Origin: Microthyrium microscopicum
Lineage: Eukaryota
Assembly (NCBI GenBank): GCA_010405405.1
Contig: MU004231.1
Span: 1,166,153-1,230,152, forward strand
Direction: 5' to 3'
Length of the DNA stretch: 64,000 nt
In this document: piece by piece, positions 52,549 through 64,000 of the stretch
Layout of the letters: each line of letters opens with the position of its first letter
Numbering within the stretch: the first letter of the stretch is position 1
Program-made: the position numbers and the translations under genes
Notes under the pieces: model-generated
What the model saw: only the letters and a program-made list of their open reading frames with translations
What the model was told of the DNA's origin: nothing
Database searches by the model: none

Positions 52549-52631
52549 GTGAGATGTAGGCGAGACTCGACGTGGCGATAGCATGGGTTCTGGTTGCTAT
52601 GGCCTTCGGAATGATTGAGGTGCAGTATAGG
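52549..52631 (-). promoter_or_regulatory. Shared upstream module (copy before A7)
   Basis: gtgagatgtaggcgagactcg...tagcatggg...atggcctt...gaggtg, ~200 bp upstream of the ATG. Confidence 0.6.
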
Positions 52632-53456
52632 TCGAATGCTTAGGTGACTTTAAATGCTGTACTAACCGCTTATATTCCATCTTGCCGCAGATTCTCTTGG
52701 CCATCGATGGTAAGAGCTATATAGAAACGACTTTCTCTCTTTGATGAGCTCACTATTCTATTGAAATTGTAGAGCGCGATCCCTTTAGAGTTGAAAACTC
52801 CAGTCTTAATGAGCAACGCCGCGTGAGCATTTCAGGAGCGTATTGTGGTGTGAATCTAAAGAAACATCGCAATAATGACAAGGAAAATGCATTCCGCGTA
52901 CAGGCTGTGAAAGCTCATCGAAGCTTAAGCCGGTAAATGTCCTAGAGTCCAGAAAACCTTTTCGTTCTAAGCTTATTCTTGAGATTCATGTCCAACCACA
53001 TGTTGGAGTATGTGGCGAGGCTACCGATTTGGGACACATGCAGAACTAGGCAAAAATGAAATTAGAACACAATTTTAATTCCATGTATTTTATAGGGGTC
53101 CGCCAGATAAAGTACACAGAGGGAAGTGGTGATTATGGGTTGTTATGCCCCTGAAATTCACAATATATTCTGTCTCTCCAAAAATCACAGATTACAGCGC
53201 ATCATATGATACTAAATAATTCAGCTACCTGCTTTTGTGTGCAAATCATTTATGATCTAGCCAATTCCAATACACACACCTGGCGTAATTTAAAGGCAGA
53301 GTGAAACATCAAATGGTTACTTGGATTGGCAATAAAAGCACCGTTGACAAACAAAGTAATTCAAATGATAGGATTTCTTCTCGTCGAAAGGAGTCGTGTT
53401 TCGGAAGTCTTTTTTATCCCTTTCAAAATCTTGATGAGTAGAAATATTGTCAGATT

Positions 53457-53543
53457 TCACGACGATTTCATGAGGTGAAGTTGCAATAAAGACGGCGCTT
53501 GACGGTGCCGGCAGGGCGGGATGCGGGCCGGTCCCTATCATTC
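53457..53543. repeat. Conserved ~88-bp non-coding element downstream of B2
   Basis: Copy of 49028-49116. Confidence 0.85.
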
Positions 53544-54006
53544 ATGGGAAGTAGCAACCAGCGGAAAATAGAAATCGCGCTTTAATAATATTCGACGCTT
53601 CATTTGAATGTTTCTAGCAGAAGAGTGGCGCAATCTGGCGATGGGAGTCATAACCAGGTTTTTCAGCAACGAAAGTACTCTGTTCTCAAGAGTCAAGAAG
53701 GATATGGCGAACATCGGATCGCCTTCTTTATAGTCACAGACTCACAGGGCACTTCCTTAAGCATGCTACTTGTTTTCCGCAGAATCATTCATTGACTTTT
53801 GGTAATAATATAAAAACAAAGCAGGGCCCCTCATAATTACGACTGCCACACAAATTCGCCTCCCTTTACTCCTGCAGTCCAGCCCCAGCCATTCGAATGA
53901 GCTCCTGTCGAGAGAGACCTGCCATCTGAAGTGAGAGCAATAGCATGAGGATGGAAGTGAGACAAAGGAAGACACTTACCATAATGCGCATCGTAGTGTC
54001 TATTTT

Positions 54007-54865
54007 TTACTCTTCGTCTGATGAAGCTGACGGATCCGCATGTGACGCGTCAGACCGAGGAGCCGCTGCCGCATCCTGGCTTAGTCGCATGGCTAAGAGT
54101 CGGCCAGCAGACAAGCCAGCTGTATTGCTCGGGGCGGTATTGTTACCTGCCTGGGTGTTACTTGAATTAGCAGCGGACGCGACAGTTGCATGGCTTGAAC
54201 CGGCAGTAGTAGCTGTCTGGGTGATAGCTGAATTCGCAGCGGTGTGTAAATCCCCTTGAAGAATTGTCAGCAAGCATTTCAGAGAATACCAAGGCGAAGC
54301 TTGCGCTTACCAGCGAATTTAATGAGTATACTATCCTCATGATCAGGGTCCACGGAGAGAATCTCGTCTGCCAAGAAGAGACACACGGCCTTCAGATCCA
54401 TGAATCCGGCAGCAACGTTCGATGGTGGGATGGTGCTGTGGATCAAAAGATGAAAGAAGACGCGGAGAGTCACGTCCACGCCTGCTGGTGCCAGAGGCCA
54501 AGAACCTCGAATGGAGGTAAGGTGTTTGTCAATTGAAGTAAGATCATTCGCCAGCATGTAGTACACTTGGTCGCTAGCAAATGTGGAAAGAATGCCAGCT
54601 AGGCGAGTGAAAATTACCCAGTGCTGTTGATAAGCCGGGAAGACAGCACCCGGAGCCTTTGGAAACCATAAGCGAGCTACAGGGCTGCGCTTCGAGTGGG
54701 TGATATCGCTCTATATGCGAATTAGGACGTTATACTCATCTCCAAAGCACTGGGAGAACTTACATCGCAGTAGAATAATACCACAACGAATTCACCTAGG
54801 TCAACTTCCTGGTTGACTTCGTTGCATTCGGATTCGGGAATCCAACTCAGTGACATTTCGGCCAT
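54007..54865 (-). CDS. Family B paralog B2, unknown function, 3 exons
   Basis: MAEMSLSWIPESECNEVNQEVDLGEFVVVLFYCD|...SPVARLWF...HLTSIRGSW...PAGVDV...FHLLIHST.PPS.VA...LIKFA|...SAGRLLAMRLS. GTAAG donors at positions matching B1. Confidence 0.8.
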
Positions 54866-55630
54866 GATTGTACCTTGTAGCAGTCGAACGTGTATAGAAG
54901 ACGGTGCAAGCAGGAGTCAAGACCTGATTCTTGCGGTGGCGAAAGGTGGTTGGTGATATAGAAAGTTGAAGGTGTAGGAAGAGGCAGAGGGATATTAAAC
55001 ACAGTGTGCTACTGCGGCATCATGTCATCTGAACCGTGCTCTTACCGACAGGAAAGAGCGACCGGATAGAGCTATAAGAAAGAGCGAATAAGCTCTCGTG
55101 GGAGGTGGAAGGGTGTTGAATTATAGGAAAGAGCGCTTAGGGTATCGTGAAGTCAGGAACAATGAAGCCACCATGTTTAAAAGCGTAGGTTTTCAAGGCA
55201 AGAACCACTAATGCATGTCGCTCAAGGGAAAACGCTACAGAGCGCAGCGACCTTTACTGGGCCTAATAAGGTCTCCACGTGGAGGGAAAGATAGACCAAG
55301 ATGCGTGGTAATTTATCAACGTTGCCATAGAGGTCAGTCGTATAATTTTTGTGGAAAGTACAAAGGGCATGGATTGGGGGTTAGTTTCCAAGCGATTCCA
55401 AGCAGTTCCAAGCTGAGAGAATCGAGTTGATGGTTGACAGAAAGAACCGTATACATTCCAACACTCCTAGCTCTTGACGAAGTGAAAATAACCAGGCGTC
55501 TTGTCGTCGCTTATATACCGAGTATTTTGGACAGCCACTATATAGCAATGGGCTCAAACAAACTTTGTCAAATGCAATGTATTCATTTTATCATTGGGCT
55601 AAGTCATGAGAAAGAGGCAGCTGATGCTAT

Positions 55631-57313
55631 CTACACAATTCTGTAGTTGTCTGCCACGGAGCGAACCTCTTTGGAGAAAACGACGTCTGCGTTCGTGCTG
55701 ATAGCTGAGACATTTGATACCTGATATTTGTTAGCATTCGCTTGGAAAGGACATGTGAGATACTTACATCAACATCAACATATGGTTTGCTCTTTGAGAA
55801 TTGAACCGCCATTGGGAAAAATTCGGACTCGTCAGAAGCTTGAGCCTCAAACTCGAAAGAGCCGCTGGCATTTTCATCATCCACAGAACCAATGGTCCAA
55901 TCTATGCTATCACCAGAAACCTCATACACAGCATCAAAGCTTGATACTGCGGGTTCACTAGTTTGGTAGGGGATGGAGACAAGAACATCCTTCAAAGGAT
56001 CACTACCACCCCATTCGTACTCGACCGTAATGTTCCACGTGTTTCCACCCGCATCGTTCACCCAAACATTGAATGTGATGGGCGTATCCTCGACGTTTTC
56101 GGCTTTCGGTGATAACTTCCATCGCATGACGCCAATTGACTGGTTTGCTGGGAAACCCTGACCAGCTTGTGCGATCTGAATGACTTTTGAATTCTTGAAG
56201 AGAGCTTTGTCAACTTTCGGGTGCGCCATCAACTGGGCCCCATGACTATCACCCACTGCAAGATTGAGTTTGACTTGAGTAAGTTTTGGATCCGTGATGC
56301 GAAGATGTAGATCACCCTTGACTTCGAAAGATTCCAGGGAGCCTTCTCTGCTAACCTTGGCTGATATGGTCTCTGCTATGGTGATATGTACCGGCTCACG
56401 GTCAAAGGTTGATGAAGAGGCGAGAGGTGTTGCGGCAGCCGTTGGTGTAGTTGCTTGAATTGGAGGCGGTGAGAGTTCGGCTTCAGGTCCAAGTTCTCCA
56501 CGGATTTGTTCGAATGCGTTTGTTGTTTTGGACTTTTTGCCCAGTTGCATACCTTTTCCGCGCACTGGTACCGACCTTGACTTTTGTTCCGATTTATAGC
56601 TGTCGTAGGTATCCGGTACAGATTGTTGCGCCGCAGGAGTGTACGTTGGATAGTTTGGTGCCCGGGGAGCCATTCCACGACCAGATCTTGCCATTTCCTT
56701 CCGTTGCATTTCCAATTGTTTTGCCTTGCGTTTTCGTTCCTCGCTGGCTTCGAGTTCCTTGTTCTAAGAGGAAATGTTAGTGGCCATCAACAATACAGCA
56801 AACAAGGTCCATACTCTTGCGATGATTTCTTGGATTCGTTCCTCGTGGCTCTCCATATCCAAAAAGGTCTTGATTTGACTCAGGGTCAAGTTTTCCCGGT
56901 AGCCCAATGTAACCAATTCATCAAATGCGCTTAGCAACTCAAACGAGTGTCTAAGAATCTCTCTTTCGTCCAAGGACTTGCAAATTGTGGAGACGACTTG
57001 CGCGAAGAGGTGTAACGAATCGATGTCTTGGAGGATATTGGATTGACGGTTGGTAATTAGGACCATATAGAGCTCATCTAATGGCTGGTATACGAAGCGG
57101 ACATTGTCTTGTTCGACAGTTGTATGCTGGCTTCCAGAGGCGGCCAACTTGGGAAAAGACGCGAGCAGGCCTTCGATTCGTGACTTTTGCATCTCCCGGA
57201 ATTGTCTTGACAGAACAGCTTTTCCGCCTCGGGTGCATATCGAAGCTGCGAGTACAACCTAGCTCAGAGGTGAGTTTCTTGACACGAATGTTAGATCGAG
57301 AATGGCGTACCAT
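55631..57313 (-). CDS. RET2: Coatomer subunit delta (delta-COP), 4 exons
   Basis: M|VVLAASICTRGGKAVLSRQFREM...RIEGLLASFPKL...QHTTVEQDNVRFVYQPLDELY...SNILQDI...MESHEERIQEII, then a C-terminal mu-homology domain. Introns approx. 57310-57259, 56814-56764, 55767-55721. Confidence 0.97.
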
Positions 57314-57834
57314 CTTTACGACTTGAGAGTTTTGGAGGAAGGCGTGATAGAGAGCAGGAACAAGGTAAGGCGACAGTAGTAAATAGGGCGCCAACCGTGT
57401 GATGTGGTCAGAATGATCAATTGAACAGCTGTTGTCTTTGGTATCCAGGAGAGCATGAAGTGTGGCCTTGAAGGTTCAATGGGCGGAGTAGCCCCTCCAC
57501 TATTACAGGGGGTGGGATTCCGTTTGGCAGATGCTGAATAAGCGTCTAGCGTGATTTCTGCCTGCAACTTTCCAAAGGGAATTGCCCCTGCCCGATCTGG
57601 CCTTTGTTCCTCTCTTTGGACAAACTCGGAACTCATCCAGTCACCACCAACCAACCTAAGAACGCTCATTATTTCATTCACCCTCTCTTTGTCACCATCT
57701 TCACTTCACTCCTCCTACTGGGCAGCGTTAGCAGCCCAAATCGTGCACCCTCGGAGAACGCCGTAGGATCAGATCTCTTCCTATTCGGGCTAGAAAGCCA
57801 AAATCCTGCAAATGGCGCTAGAGCTTAGCTAAAG

Positions 57835-60800
57835 TGACTAACGTAGGATTTTGGCACAATAATTAGCGTATCTTTTACCTATTAAAGCCTAGCGTAGTGT
57901 ATATTTTAACGTTATATCAATTTTAGTATAGTTCTATAGAATAGTATTGTTGTAAAGATTGTAAAGTAATTTGAACGTGCTATACGCGTTAAAGGCAAAA
58001 GAAATAATTAATAATACTAGAATTAATCTAGATATAGTATATAATTGTACTAGATATGTAGAAGAAGCTAAATTTAAATAATCTTATCTTTATTATTAGT
58101 AATTCTAATTAAAATATAAAATTAATAACTATTACTAAGTAATTTAATAGTAATGTTGTTTTAAATCCTATTAAACTAAATTAATCTTAAGCTTTATAAT
58201 CCTATTAAACCTTCTTTACTATATTTAGAGTATTCTAAGGATACTTTACTACTATTACTAGTATTATTACTATTAAAACTATAGTATATTTAACCTACTT
58301 TAAGATTAGTATTACTATATACCTTAATTCCTAGTACTTACTAGCTAAATCTATACTACTTTAACCTAGAGACTTAGGTTAAACTAGATACTTAGGTTAA
58401 AGTAGAGACTTAGCTTTAGGATACTAATTATTTATGCTTAAATAGCTCTACTAAAGAGCTAGATAGCTTTATATAGGATTTAATATCTTAGAGCCTAATA
58501 TAGGCTCTTTATCTCTTGTCTATATAGGTACCTACTACCTAAAATACTACTATAGAGCCCTTAATATATTAGGCTACGCTAGTAGTTACTAGGACTTATA
58601 CTCCTACCCTAACTCCTACTGCTAGTTTAAGCGCTTTAGTAGGTAATTATATAGGTAGGAAGTAAGGTCTAGTATAGAGATAATAATATTTAATAATTAT
58701 ATTAATATGTGTATTAAGGTAAAAGGAGAGCTTTAGTAGTAATAGTAGCGACGCTATTACTAAATAGAAGATATAGTAGTAGGCTAAAGTTACTAAGTAA
58801 TATAAATCTATTTAGGGCCTCTAAGATAGTCCTTTAGGATAAGTAATTTAGCTAGTAATTAATTGTACTTTTCTTTAATAGTGTTAAGAACTAAAAGATA
58901 AGTTAGGATATAATATACTAATAGATAAATTCTAACTTACTCTAAATGCCTTTATAGAAATATATAACTATTACTAAACTAGAGTATTAATAAAGAAAGC
59001 TTCTATAAATATTATTAAGTAATGTTATAAAGAAGCTATAAAATTACGTAATAAATTATGTAAGATATATTTAGAGCGTTAAGTGCTTCTATCTAGTGTT
59101 TAATAGGAAGATATTATAATAATTACTATTAAACTAGAAGATATTAAAGATATTCTTAAAACTTAGCTTTTAATTACTTTTAGTGTAGATTACGCCTCTA
59201 TAAAGGAGTTAGTTCTACTTATTTAAACTTAACCTACTATAATGCTAGTTCTAGCGCCTATATATAGAACTTAAACTTCTATATTTAGGGTTAATAGAAT
59301 TATAGGTATTTATAATAGCTTAGTTTAATAGTTAGAATGTCTTAATTTAAATAGGTCTAGAACTTAAGATAATGTAGTTATTAGTAATAGAATTAGTAGT
59401 AGTAGTAGTAGTAGTAAAGGAAGTAAAGTTGTAGAATTAAGGAAAGAGGTAAGAGTAGCTTACTTAGAGATAACAAAGATAAAGAAGTTATTAAGGGAGT
59501 CTTTAGGTTAATTATAGTTATAAAGGTTAAGCTAGTGTTTTCTATATAAATTAGTAGTAAAGGTAGAATCTAGTTTTTATAGAAATGTTATAATAAATAC
59601 TAAAAGCTTTAAAAGTATATAGAAGGGTTAAATAATTAGCTAACTCTACCCTATTAACTTCTCTTTCTTTAGTAAGAATATTTAACTTTACTCTATAATA
59701 TCTACTTCTTTAATAACTACTACAACTATTTTATACTATTTGAATTGTCTTTTTATAGATAATCTAATGGTATCCTGCTATTAAATATACTACTAGGATT
59801 AAGATATCTATTAATAGTTAGTAGATTTACCCTAAAGTGCGTAGAAATAATATTTCTATAATAATAGGTATAGTAGTTAGTAAGTAAGAATGACACTGCT
59901 ATATACGCTCTAACTAGTATTAATTCTATCTGTAGGCTTAACCTAAAATTAGATGTCCCTTCCTTAAATAAGGCTTTTATATTGCTAAACACCTGTTTTA
60001 TATATACGTAGTATTTTAATGTTTCCTTATTCTATGCCTTCTGTACTAATGTAAGAATTCCTATATAGAGAGATATTATTAGGTCGTTATTTAGATATGC
60101 TATATTGCTATATAGTAGTAGTTTTTAGCCTTTATTAAATATCTAAAGAGGTAAGTTATATTTATATCTAGACAGAATTAATACTAATTGTTTAAAGTTG
60201 TTCTTTAAGACCTAATATTAATAATATTCCTAGATTATTTAAACCCTCTAAATATAATAAATCTATTACTATTATTAATCCGTTAGGGCAATAAACTATT
60301 TAGTATTTAATATAATGTGCTTTATTATATCTAGAATATAATAACCTTTAGATATAACCTATTAGCTTATAGATATTAATATGCGTACCATTAATATAAC
60401 CCTAGTATATATTACTACTACTAGCTTTATTAATTATTTTGCTATAGGTATAGATCTATTATAGATTTAATAATAGGTAGAATCTTAGTAGGGTATTAGC
60501 GTATCTTTAATTAAGATAAGTTATAGTCCTATTAAAGCACTTCTTTAGATATATAGCACTTCTACTAAAGTGCTAATAGATATCGTTATAAGTGTGGATT
60601 TTTAATAACTTGTATAATACTATATAAAGTAGAAAGGGCCCTTTCTATAGTAGCTTTAGGCGATTAGGTAAGGGAAGATTCTTAAGATTAAATAGCTCTA
60701 CTAGCTCTAGGATTTTATACTTCTTAAATCTATTATATACTAATTAGTACTATAGATATTATCCTCTATTAATTCAAAGTAATTACTAATATTCTACTAT

Positions 60801-61075
60801 TATTAGGCAATTAGATCTATCCTTTAGATTCTAATTATAGTAAATATATTCTAGTAGAGGCCTATAATATTGTTCTTAAAGCTCTTTTTCTATAGTAATA
60901 TATAATATTAATAGTACTACTACTATAGTAGTTATTATAGTTAATTCTTCTTAAAGAGGATCTATTTTAGATATTATTTAATAAAATTATAGTTAAAATA
61001 CGCTAGATTATGATCCAAAAATAAGTATAAGGGAAATTTATATAACGCCGTTTATCCTTGCGTAATAATACCTAT
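57835..61075. mobile_element. AT-rich, RIP-mutated repeat relic (element class not identifiable)
   Basis: Abrupt drop in GC, strong TpA excess, near absence of CpA/TpG, and no credible ORFs (stop-rich frames). Sharp boundaries between two conserved genes. Confidence 0.8.
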
Positions 61076-61482
61076 TTACACCACTAGCGCGGATCACGAC
61101 TCTATTAGGTTAGTACTGAATTCCTCCTCTACAATAATCGTGCAGGAATCCTGCACAAATCAGAACTGCTAACGCTGCCCACTGACTCTATCCTCATCCA
61201 TGTTGCCCGCCACTTTCATCGACAAACCCCATTCTCTGCGCTTTCATCAACCCTCTAAATCCCGATACTGCGTTCCCTCTACCCAAGCCATATAACTCCC
61301 CTTCCTCTCTTTAAGCCAACGCGTACGCACGCGTTTTCTTCATCTCCTCCTTCTGTAAAGACTATAACTCCTTTTCAACGCCCCTCTATCCTCGATACGA
61401 ACGTTTCAAACGCCGAACCCCGACTTACAATAACACGACCCCACCCAAACCTTTCAAGCTTACAAGCTCCACTCCAGAGACC

Positions 61483-64000
61483 ATGTCTCCGCCCTTTGAT
61501 ACCCTGCAACCCGACCCTGATGATATTGACCTGGAAATGATTTCGAACAACGACCCAACTGATACTGGACAACACGAATCGACTGACATTGACATTGATC
61601 TGGAAGACCTCGATAACATAGTAGTTGACGGAGCCACCCAAGATGAAGATGAAGATTTCACCTTGACTGATGTTCAACATCAAGAAGACGCAGTTGTTGA
61701 CGACACCTACTACCAAGATGAGACCATCGACGAAATCATGTATGAAGATGATGGTGACCTTGGTGTAGCTGTACAACCAGAACATACTTTCGATGAGCAG
61801 ATGGACGATTTCACTGCTAATGGAGATGATGCAAACGCCGACACGAATGAGACCTACGATAATTTCGACATAGATTTCTTCGATGAAGAGCCAGGCACTA
61901 CGGAACAGGCAAGCAATACCGTCCAAGACCACGTCCAAGACTCCCTCTCTGTTACAGACCCAAATGTGCTCGCTCACACTAATGAAGCCATTCCGGAACA
62001 CGATCGGATAGCTAGCCATGTAGATTTGGAGCCCCTTGTTACGGATGTAACTGACACCTTGATCAAGCCAAATAGCACAAACACCCAGGTTACCGATGCC
62101 TCCCAGATCCACACTGAATCCCAGATTTTCGCCGCAGCGACTAATACAGACGTGAATGATCACGATAATCAACCTACCAACGAGAATGTGATAAATTCAC
62201 CAAGTTCCAAAGAAGCAGAGACAGCAGAAGACGACGTGTCAGGTGAATTTACCAACGAGAATCCAGAGGAAGACTTTTCACACCAAGACAATGAAGGTCA
62301 ACAGGCCAATGAGCATGAAGGCGAGAACTTCGACGATCAATATCAAGATGGCCAGTTTGTGTACAATGCCATCATCCAGTGGCAGGACAACACGATGTGT
62401 TTATTTCCACCCCTTGTGGACCCAAACCTCCCAGACCAGTACCTGTTGGATGATTCGAACCTAGCCAAGAGACCACTCTCAGACCTATTTCGTGAATGTA
62501 GAGAAGCTCTTGGCGATCATGTCAAGTCTGATTACATATTGTGTATTGATGTCGACAGCCTGGATCTGAACATTAGTGAGGTACGTTTGTATTCCAATAG
62601 CCCCCATTGACTTTGAATCACACTAACAAATTCAGGATCTTTCTGATTGTACCACGGCAACCATTTCGCAGATCATTGATGTGTACCATCATTTGAACAA
62701 CAATGACGAAGTCTATGAACTGGAACCTTTGACTCTCACTCTATTCCAAAAACCTAAACTAATAACTGCCCTGAATAATCTCGCCAGAATTGCGGAAGAA
62801 GGTCGAGGCTATGAGACCTTCCGTGACTATCTGCACTCACCCGATGGAAGCGTGCTACAGAATGATTTACCTGTTACCGAAGGAGTTGCTGAAGGTGTAT
62901 CTACGATAGAAGAATCAGTGACCGAATATGCCGCACCAGAACTGACGGAGTACACCGAGGCGGAGGATGTGGATCACCAGACGGAGGACTATAATCCTGA
63001 TGAGCCCATTGGCAGCAAGGGTGTAGTGGATATAGCTGCCCAAGAACCCGAGTCAGTTGAAGAAGTTCAACCTCCTGCCAGAAAAGACGAGATTGATTAT
63101 GACGACGATGATGATGAAGCTGTTCCAGCAAATCAAGAAGAAGAAGAAGAAGTCACAGCATATCAAGAGGGAGAAGAAGATATAACAGCGCCTCAGGAGG
63201 AGGAAGATGTATCAGCTACTCAGCAACCAGAAGTATATGTGCCAGCGCCTCGGCTGCACCCCGAAGCTAAACAGACTGGCATTCAAAGCGCTGTCCAACC
63301 TCAAGACAGCACGAAAGACATTGATGACGATCTGATTGATTACTCGGATGACGAAGAAGATGTCCCAACTTCACGATCTTCCACTGTTCAGGGAGATAAA
63401 TCAGCACATGAAGATGGTACGGCTTCAAACCCCTCATTCGCACTTGATCAGTTTCTAATGGATGGACCATCAGATACCGTGCCAGCGGATCAAGCAGCTG
63501 CAGATACGCAACCGCAATCCAACGGGAAAACAAACATGCGCTATGCAGATCCAGTTGTGGTTGAGGAAGATGAAGATTTCCTTCTGGATCTTGATGACCC
63601 TGATCTACCATTGGACGCTACCAAGGTGAACAGTGAGCAGGTCGCCGAAACTTATGATGAGACTTATGGATTCGATGCCGCACCTACAGTGGACACTGCT
63701 ACTACGGGTGACATTGCCCAATTTGCAACGGAAGAACCCCTGGCAGACGAGGATAATCTCTTTGGTGACGATTTTGACTTTGGACCCGAGGATGATGTCG
63801 CTCAAAACACGAGCCACGGAGACGATGGTCTGAATGTTAAATTAGGCCAATCAACAATACTTGGAGATTCCAAATCCAACTCTCCTTCAGCAAAGCGGAC
63901 TTTCGAGCAGCATTCAGAGGATGTTCCAGAGATTAGCGAGCAAGGTCAGTGCTCACTACCCAATACATCATCTTCACAAGCTAATCACAATGCAGATGTC
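61483..64000 (+). CDS. Acidic DUF2420 (Rmr1-like) domain protein, incomplete at the 3' end
   Basis: Asp/Glu-rich arms flank a conserved core ...WQDNTMCLFPP...YLLDDSNLAKRPLSDLFRECREALG...LDLNISE|D...ISQIIDVYHHLNNND...PLTLTL..KP...L..L...AEEGRG. Introns 62581-62635 and 63945-63995. Confidence 0.85.

Noticed and set aside
49431..54865. Family B as the editing deaminase (OLD-like neighbour)
   Set aside because: No HxE or PCxxC/CxxC zinc-deaminase motif in either copy. No deaminase gene was recognised anywhere in the window.
57835..61075. Terminal inverted repeats or target-site duplication for the RIP block
   Set aside because: Only weak AT-rich similarity between the ends, which is expected by chance.
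61375..62172. 265-aa hydrophobic minus-strand ORF
   Set aside because: Antisense of the Asp/Glu-rich DUF2420 gene.

Overview
Eukaryotic DNA from a filamentous ascomycete, judged from short GT-AG introns with CTAAC/CTGAC-type branch sites, a Zn2Cys6 factor and a RIP-mutated block. The left half and right end carry ordinary fungal genes: a degenerate pepsin-like protease, an Asp f 7/RlpA-like secreted protein, a small Cys-containing secreted protein, a TPMT-like methyltransferase, an OTU deubiquitinase, a cytochrome b561 protein, a C6 transcription factor, Nnf1, a PH-domain protein, delta-COP and a DUF2420 protein. The main discovery is a ~20 kb minus-strand array (34.9-54.9 kb) of seven diverged paralogs (family A, one a pseudogene) sharing a CPxC...HxxxxH zinc-finger-like domain. 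All seven carry an in-frame TAG at the homologous codon, followed by a conserved open extension ([DNS]-P...I/L..R.[YF]P.N plus a mostly basic tail). This points to programmed stop-codon recoding, most plausibly A-to-I editing (UAG to Trp). Two copies of a second unknown family (B) are interleaved as a duplicated A+B cassette; one B copy shares a promoter module with A genes and both B copies share a conserved 3' non-coding element. Exon structures were derived by eye, and no database searches were run.
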